64,000 nt of DNA from Octopus vulgaris (taxonomy: Eukaryota), in NCBI GenBank assembly GCA_951406725.2, contig OX597829.1, positions 10,230,001-10,294,000 of the forward strand, written 5' to 3'. Below, one piece after another: positions 55,706 to 64,000 of the stretch. How positions within the stretch are numbered: position 1 is the first letter of the stretch; each line of letters starts with the position of its first letter. Under the pieces are notes generated by a model. That model was given only the letters and a program-made list of their open reading frames with translations, searched no databases and had not been told where the DNA came from. Made by a program: the position numbers and the translations under genes.

Positions 55706-57838
55706 CTATGTTTGACTTTTCTTTATGTTTGTATAAGTTGGATCCAAGTCTCACCCAGAGACCTCAAGAGACAACAGTTTGGAAGTTCACGTTGTTGTTA
55801 TGCCTAGTGTGCCATATATTTCGGGGTATTTTTTTGGTGTTGTACTAGTGAATGTCTAATACATAAATATAAAAAAAAAGTTTGTCTTAAACCTTGGGAT
55901 TACATAGAGAGTATTTTGCGTAGGATATGAGCAGTTCCCATGAGCACTATCTTTTGAATTTTTGCCATTTTAGGGTTTCCTGGTATCTGAGTTAGGTAGC
56001 AATCAGTCCCTTTCGCTATCATTCCCAGGGCACCTATGACAACAGGTATTGTTTTAGTCTTCAGGTTCCACATTTTGCTGATTTCTATTTCAAGATCTTT
56101 ATATTTGCTCAGTTTCTGGTAGGTCTAGACAGATACGTTTATATCGATTGGGACAGTCATATCAATGAGGAGGCATGTTCTTTGTCTGAAGTCTTTCAAT
56201 ATGATGTCTGGCCTATTTGCATCTATCTTTCTATCAGTTTGAATGGTGAAGTTCCAGAGGAGTGAGATGTGGTCATTTTCAAGCACTGGAGGTGGATTGT
56301 GTTCCCACCAGTTTTTTTCATGGGGCAAATCCAGGTTTTTGCAGTGAATATATTGTGCAGCTCTATCATGCCTGTTGAGGTACTCTGTAGGCGCTAGAAG
56401 ACTGCATTTGGAGACAACATGATCAATGGTTTAATTTTGTTGTCGGCATACACGACATGTTTGGCTACTGCCGTTCTTTAATATGTTGGCCTGGTAGTTT
56501 CTTGTTGGTAGGCATTGATCTTGAGCTGCTATGATAAACCCTTCTGTTTCAGATGTTAAGCCAGAGGCCATTAGCCATTGATGGGTCAGGGCTTTGTCAA
56601 TATCTACATTATTCGCTCTCTTTGGGTATTTGCCATAGAGAGATTTTTCTTGCCATTTATTATTCAGAATATCTAAGGCCGCAGTTTTGGCACGGGTTTT
56701 CATGCGCCTAGCTTTTTCTGTGCTTGTTTCTTGTATGTTTATCTCTAATTCCGAAATTGGTTGTATTCGGAATTCACTTAGATGTACCTTTGCCTGTTTT
56801 GTCACTGAGTATGATGCTTTCGTGTTTTCATGTTTTGAAACAAGTTTTAACATCCAGTCCTCAGACTTTTTCAGGTAGGTGTCTAGGCCAATTGCAGCAA
56901 TCTTCATTGTTATTGCCAGTTGCAAAAGACCACGTCTTCCCTCTTTTCTTGGCAGATAAATTCGTTCTGTATCTGCCTTAGGGTGGTGCATTCTATGCAT
57001 TGTCAACAGTTTTCTTATTTTTCTGTCGAGCTGACATATTTCAGTAATTGACCAGTTAACGATATTGAAACTGTAAGTCACGACTGGTATGGCTAATGCA
57101 TTGATCGCTTCGATCCTGTTTCTTGCATTCAGCTCTGTCTTGAGTATTGCTCTCACTCTTCGATAGCATTCTCTCCTGATCATTTCCTTCATCTCTGAAT
57201 GCCTTATTCCGTTCCCTTCAATTACTCCTAGGTACTTGTAGCTCTCCGCTAGGTCTAGTTCTTTTATGACATTCTGCTGGTCAATGTTAACGTTAGATGT
57301 TTCTGTCATTTTTCCTTTGATAAAGGTAGCTTTTGCACATTTATCGAGGCCGAATTGCATTCTGATGTCGTCACTGAATTTTTTTTACTATTGCTAGTAA
57401 GCCCTTGAGTTGTTGGTCATTTTTTGCAAAAAGCTTTAAATCATCCATGTAAATGAGATGATTTATATTTTTATCAAACATTTTATACCCGTACCGCGCG
57501 TCATTGAGCAATTTTGAGAGAGGCATTAAGGCTAAACAAAAGTGGAGTGGTGACAGTGAGTCACCCTGGAAAATGCCACACGAAATTTTTACATCACCAG
57601 CATTTAGGGATTCATTGTCACTGTTCAGAGTTAGTGTGGTTCTCCATGATCTCATACTTACAGTCAAAAAGTTTCGCAGAGTAGGTGCTATCTTATACAT
57701 TTCCAGGCATTTCCTAATCCAGCTATCAAAAGTCTTTTTATAGTCTATATAGGCTATTGATGAGTTTTTGTGTCGTTTGTGACAATCTTCTTAGATCATC
57801 TTATTGATGAGTAGTTGATCTTTACAGCCGTAGGATCC
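55706..57838 (-). mobile_element. R4/Dong-type LINE, RT through endonuclease with few disablements
   Basis: GCKDQLLIN, GIFQGDSLSP, HLIYMDDLKLFA, ORF 56431-57360 ending CRVC, NRPDII..LIDMTVP. Confidence 0.93.
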
Positions 57839-57878
57839 ATTATTATTATTATTATTGTTGTTGTTGCTGTTGTTGTTG

Positions 57879-57948
<70 letters not shown>

Positions 57949-58025
57949 CATCATCATCATTATTATTGTTGTTGTTGTTGTTGTTATTATTATCATCATC
58001 ATCATCATCATCATCATTATTATTG

Positions 58026-58893
58026 TCATTTACTTTTAATCTGCATGTTTGATGCAATCACTTGCCGGAGCACACACAGCGCCCTAGGGCAAGTGAAGGT
58101 TAAGAGTTGTTGAAATATAGCTGAAAGCTTGGGGAGGGGAAGTAGAGATATATCTCCATGTAATGCAAACACAAACATTTACATTGGTAGGGTTTTTCTA
58201 AGGATGTGGGCAGTACTTGTTAGCACAATCTTTTGAATTTCCTTGAGACATGGTTTTCCAGGGATATTGTCTAGGTGTTTCTGACATCCCTTTTTTATCA
58301 TACCTAGGGCACCTACAATAACAGGAACAGTTTTTGTTTTAAGATTCCACATCTTTTGTATTTCGATTTCCAGGTCCTTATGTTTACTAAGTTTGTCAAA
58401 TTCCTTTACAGATACATTTTTATCAGTGGGGACGCTTACCTCTATTAGCCTGCAGGTATTTTCTTCCCTGTCTTTAACAATTATGTCTGGTATTTTAGCC
58501 TTGATCGTTCTGTCAGTGTTGACTGGAAAATCCCAGAGGATGGTGACATCTTTACCTTCAACAACTGGCTGAGGATGGTGTTCATACCAGTTAGCAGGAG
58601 TGCCGAATTTGTAGTGTTTACATATATTCCATTGTATATACTGTCCTACCCTATCGTGGCGATTTTTGTATTCGTTTGGTGTCAACACAGGACATCCCGA
58701 AACGAGATAGTCTATTGTTTCGTCAAATGAGTCGCAGAATCTGCATTTAGGGTCAGTACCGTTTCGGAGAACGCTAGCCTGGTAATTTCTGGTAAACAAG
58801 CTTTGATCTTGTGCTGCCAGTATGAAGCTTTCAGTCTCTGCTTTCAATCCAGAACTCTTCAGCCACTGATGGGTTGTTGCTTGGTCTACATCA
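58026..58893 (-). mobile_element. 5'-truncated R4/Dong-type LINE
   Basis: ORF 58179-58847 AAQDQ, CRFC, RHD, PDII. Confidence 0.92.
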
Positions 58894-58917
58894 ATTATTA
58901 TTATTATTATTATTATT

Positions 58918-58974
<57 letters not shown>

Positions 58975-59014
58975 GCTGCTGCTGCTGCTGCTGTTGTTGT
59001 TGTTGTTGTTATTG

Positions 59015-59081
<67 letters not shown>

Positions 59082-59085
<4 letters not shown>

Positions 59086-59791
59086 TAGTTTTATTTTTAT
59101 AGCGTGCTTCCACTTCACTACCGAGCACAGCTCTGTGTGACTTGGGTATGTGCTGTGATTTGTTGTGATGTTTGATGGTTATTGTATGGAAAGTGTTCTG
59201 CATAGGATGTGTGCAGTGCCTAGTAGTGCAATTTTCTGTATGTTATATGTGTTTGTAAGTCCTGATGTTTTTGTTATGTATTTGTCTGAATATTTTTTTA
59301 TCATGCCTAATGCAGCTACTATGATAGGAATTGTTTCTGTTTTCAGATTCCACATTCTAGTTACCTCTATTTCCAGGTCTTTGTATTTTGAGAGTTTCTC
59401 CATTTCTTTTAGAGACACGTTGTCATCAGCCGGTATTGATACATCAATTAGAAAGCATTTTTTTCTTCATGATCTCTGACAACTATATCTGGTCTGTTGG
59501 CCTTAATATCTCTATCTGTGTGTATCGGCATATCCCAGAATATGATTGCTTTCTCGTTTTCTGTGACCTTTTCTGGTGTGTGCCTATACCATCTTTTTTC
59601 TGTTGTTATCCCATAATGTTGGCATAGCTTCCAATGTATGTAGGTTCCAACTCTGTCATGTCTGTGAATATATTCCTTCTTAGCCAGGACTGGGCAGCTA
59701 GAGATAATATGATTTATTGTTTCTTGTCCATCCCCACATATTCTGCAGTTACTTGTAATATTTCTTTTCATTACATGTTTTTGGTAATTTC
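59082..59791 (-). mobile_element. 5'-truncated R4/Dong-type LINE, same family as 29680
   Basis: ORFs 59448-59771 and 59179-59418 (one frameshift). Confidence 0.92.
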
Positions 59792-59930
<139 letters not shown>

Positions 59931-59949
59931 TTATTATTATTTTTAAATA

Positions 59950-60160
59950 GGAGGCATGTAGGCAGAATTGTGAGCAAGCCGTTAAAAATGCTTAGCGGCA
60001 TATCTTCTGTTTTTACGTTCTGAGTTCAAATTTCTCCGAGATAGACTTTGCCTTTCATCCTTTCAGGCTCGAGAAGATAAGTACCAGCTGAACACTGGAG
60101 TCGATGTAATCGACTTAGCCCTTTCTCAGAAACTGCTGACCTTGTGCCAAAATTTGAAAT
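59950..60160 (+). mobile_element. Meta-type SINE
   Basis: GACTTTGCCTTTCATCCTTTC..AAGTACCAG. Confidence 0.75.
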
Positions 60161-60255
60161 CAATATTATTATTGTGTCCGAAACAGAAATTATTATTACC
60201 ATTATTAATATTGTTATTATTGTTATTATTAATATTATTATTATTATCATTATTA

Positions 60256-60323
<68 letters not shown>

Positions 60324-60375
60324 TACTATAATAATAATAATAATAATTATTATTATTATTATTATTATTATTATT

Positions 60376-60660
60376 TTATGGTTGACTTTTGCTTTATATT
60401 TGTACAAGTTGACACCAAGTCTCACCCAGAGACCTCAAGAGACAACAAGTTAGAAGTTCAAGTTTGTATTATGCTTAGGGTGCCATACATTTGGTTTTGT
60501 ACCTAGTATTGTTCTAGAGAATGCTTAAGAAAACATAAGAAAATTGTAAGTTTGTTTTAAAATTTGAGATTACTTAGACAGTATTTTAAATAGGATATGG
60601 GCAGTTCCCATGGGCGCTATCTTTTGAATTTCCGCCATCTTGGGGGTTTCCTGGTATCTA
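60376..60660 (-). mobile_element. 3' tip of an R4/Dong-type LINE related to 55706
   Basis: CCAAGTCTCACCCAGAGACCTCAAGAGACAAC shared with 55744-55776. Confidence 0.85.
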
Positions 60661-61150
<490 letters not shown>

Positions 61151-61152
<2 letters not shown>

Positions 61153-61355
61153 GGCGGTGAGCTGCCAGAATCTTTAGCACTCCGGACGAAATGTTTAGCG
61201 GTATTTTGTCTGCCGCTACGTTTTGAATTCAAATTCCGCCGGGGTCGACTTCGTCTTTCATCCTTTCAAGATCTATTAAATAGGTAACAGTTACGCATTG
61301 GGTTCGATGTAATTGACTTAATCCCGCCCCCACCAAAACTGACCTTGTAGCAAAA

Positions 61356-61356
<1 letters not shown>
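61151..61356 (+). mobile_element. Meta-type tRNA SINE
   Basis: AAGGCGGTGAGCTGCCAGAA head directly after (ATT)n. Confidence 0.82.
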
Positions 61357-61391
<35 letters not shown>

Positions 61392-61451
61392 GTTGTTGTT
61401 GTTGTTATTGTTGTTATTATTATTATTATTATTATTATTTTATTATTATTA

Positions 61452-61931
61452 TTTTTTTTTTCTTCTTTCAAATTTGCTTCCATTTCTTGCCGAGTGTCTT
61501 CCCGACTCCTAGGGCAAAGAAACTCATAGTGTACATTGGTAGGCCATTAAACTAAACAATAGTTCGTTCAATTTTTTTTAAGTTAAATTAAAATACATGA
61601 GCAGCAACAGTTCTCACATCGACAATGCTCTTCTCAATACGTGTGATGTACCAGTTAAGACAATCTTTTGCACTTCGTGCAGGGATGGTAAGCCAGGGAT
61701 CATTCTCATATAATTTTCGGTTCCCTTCTTGATCATTCCTAGTGCTCCTACGATCACTGGTATTGTAACCGCCTTGAGATGCCACATTTTCTCAATTTCA
61801 ATGAGTAGGTCTTTATATTTTCTGAGCTTGTCAAACTCTTTCGCTGAGATATTATGATCACAGGGTATGCTCATGTCAATCAATAAGCAAACTTTATTGT
61901 TTTGGTCTTTCATTATTGTTTTGGTCTTTCA
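61452..61931 (-). mobile_element. 5'-truncated R4/Dong-type LINE related to 21079
   Basis: ORF 61614-61913 CLLIDMSIPCDHNI.AKEFDK..KYKDLLIEIEKMWHLKA. Confidence 0.9.
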
Positions 61932-61932
61932 A

Positions 61933-62001
<69 letters not shown>

Positions 62002-62002
62002 A

Positions 62003-64000
62003 TTGCCTTTGCACAGTTTCTAACACTGGAGATGTACTATAGTGTCAGCTGTTCACTACCAGTGAACTAAGGTAACACCTCTTATTTTTTGTGCACCTTC
62101 CGGAATATTTGAGGGATTCCAAGCAGTGGTCTTTCTGCAAGTGCTCCACCCTTATTGCAGCCCCAATTTCTTCCACGTACTTCTCGAGATTTTTGCTCAC
62201 TGTTCCCAGGGCACCGACAGTTATTGGTACTACCGCTACCTTTTTCATCGACCTCAACTGCTTAACTTCCCAAGCTAACCTGTAACATATCTCGACTTTT
62301 CTTTCTACCTTATCGCATACCTCTTTGTCAGCTGGGCATGCTATGTCTATGATCCAGCATAGCTTGTTTTCTTTCCTAATTAAGACTATGGCCGGCTTCC
62401 TATTCTAAATATCATGGTCGCTCTGAATCATAAAATCCTATCGGATCTTTATATTTCTATTTTCGACGATGCCTTCAGGTTTCTGGTCGTACCAATTTTT
62501 TGCTCTGTCAAATCCATACTTGTTGCAAAGTGTCCAACGGACAAGCCTGGCTACATTGTCGTGGCGTCTCTTATAATCCTTCTGGGCTAATGGCGTACAT
62601 TGGCTGGTAATATGCCATACGGTTTCACCGTTTTGTCCACAGATTCTGCACTTATAACTTTCTGATGTGTTGTCTATTCTGTATTTTATATAGTTTGTTC
62701 TTAGTGCTTGCTTGTAAGCAGCACAGATTAGAGCTTCCATTTCCGGTTTTAAATCCCTTTTAGTCATCCACAGCCATCTTTTTTCTCTGTCTGTCTTATC
62801 TTCAACATCCCTATGAAATTATCCATGCATTCTTTTCTTTACCCATATATTTTCAGTTTTATTCATTTTCAATTTCTTGTATATTGCTTTATCTTTGCAA
62901 TCTTTCATCCTATACAAGCCTAAGCTTTTACTTCTAATAACAGCGGTTCTGTGGCATTTTTTACATACCATGCTATGCTGTTTTCTTCTGCTCTAATGCT
63001 GTACTCGCATCCAATAAGTCCTCTTGCTCCTTCTTTTTCTTGGTACATACAGTCTGCCTGTGTCACTTTTTGGGTGGAGTCACCCATATCTTTGTCTTTC
63101 TGTCTATGCTGTTTAATTCGCCTATAGTCCATGCGATTACTCCTGCTCCATATCTAAAGAGTGAAACCGCCCAGGTGTTGATAGCTTTAATCTTATTCTG
63201 TTCCTTTAATTTCGACTTTTGGATAAGTCTCAGTCTGTGCAAGTGCTCCACCTTAAGTTTCTCTCTCGTTTCTTTCTCCATCAATTTATTCATTTCCAAA
63301 ATCCTCAAGTATTTATAGCCTGTCTCTTCTATCTGCATCATAACCTCTCCCGATGATATCGTTAGCTCGTCCATACATTTTGATTTTGCCTCTCTTCAAG
63401 ACCAGCACTCCACACTTTCTCAGTCCGAACTCGATTCTGTTATCAGCACTGAAAGTATACACCGTATCAACGAAGGAACTGACTTGGGCTTCATCTTTAC
63501 CATAAAATTTGAGGTCATCCATGAATACCAAATGGTTGATTTTTTGTTGGCGACGTTTGAACACATATTCAGCTTTCGATTTCCTCAGAATCAGAGTTAG
63601 TGGTATCAAGTAAAGTACAAATATCAGTGGTGACAGGCAGTTCCCTTGGAAGATGCCCCTCCTAATTTCTACTCTCCCTAAACTTCTGTATGCTTCTTCC
63701 GTCCTCCAATTCGCCATACTTTTTCCATGCAATCGCTCAACATTCGATTCAATACCAAATAGCTTCATACACTCCATAATCCAAGAATGTGGGATCATAT
63801 CGTACGCCTTACGATAGTCGATCCATGACGTGGCTAAGTTACATTTCCTCCTCTTGCAGTCTTTAAATGCAGGGTTGTCTATCAGGAGTTGATCCTTGGT
63901 ACCTCTGTACTTAGGCATGTAAACCTTCTGCTTATGTGGTAGGAATCCATTTTTTCCTAAATGTTCGTACATTGACTCTGCGAGTATTCCAGTCAATAAT
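62003..64000 (-). mobile_element. Degraded R4/Dong-type LINE running off the window end
   Basis: [60 protein letters not shown]. Confidence 0.92.

Overview
Very AT-rich, repeat-saturated metazoan DNA. The SINE families and microsatellite load resemble a coleoid cephalopod, probably Octopus (recognised from memory, not from a database search). No host protein-coding gene, tRNA gene or rRNA can be supported, and nearly all listed ORFs are microsatellite or transposon artefacts. The window splits into two repeat niches. (TA)n/(CA)n/(TATG)n zones hold tRNA-CORE SINEs, Tc1/mariner relics and Penelope-like elements (PLEs). (ATT)n zones (about 19.7-38.1 kb and 54.9-64 kb) hold co-oriented R4/Dong-type restriction-like-endonuclease LINE fragments (12 minus-strand copies across the window), L1/Tx1-like LINEs on the opposite strand, Meta-type SINEs and an unclassified ~550 bp repeat. 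The most notable signals are several minimal type I hammerhead ribozyme motifs in PLE termini (11159-11240 canonical, 27235-27280 near-canonical, mutated copies at 8461-8542 and 4495-4580), a rearranged PLE with inverted termini, a covarying 3' stem-loop shared by divergent Dong-like families, and many fold-back inverted duplications.
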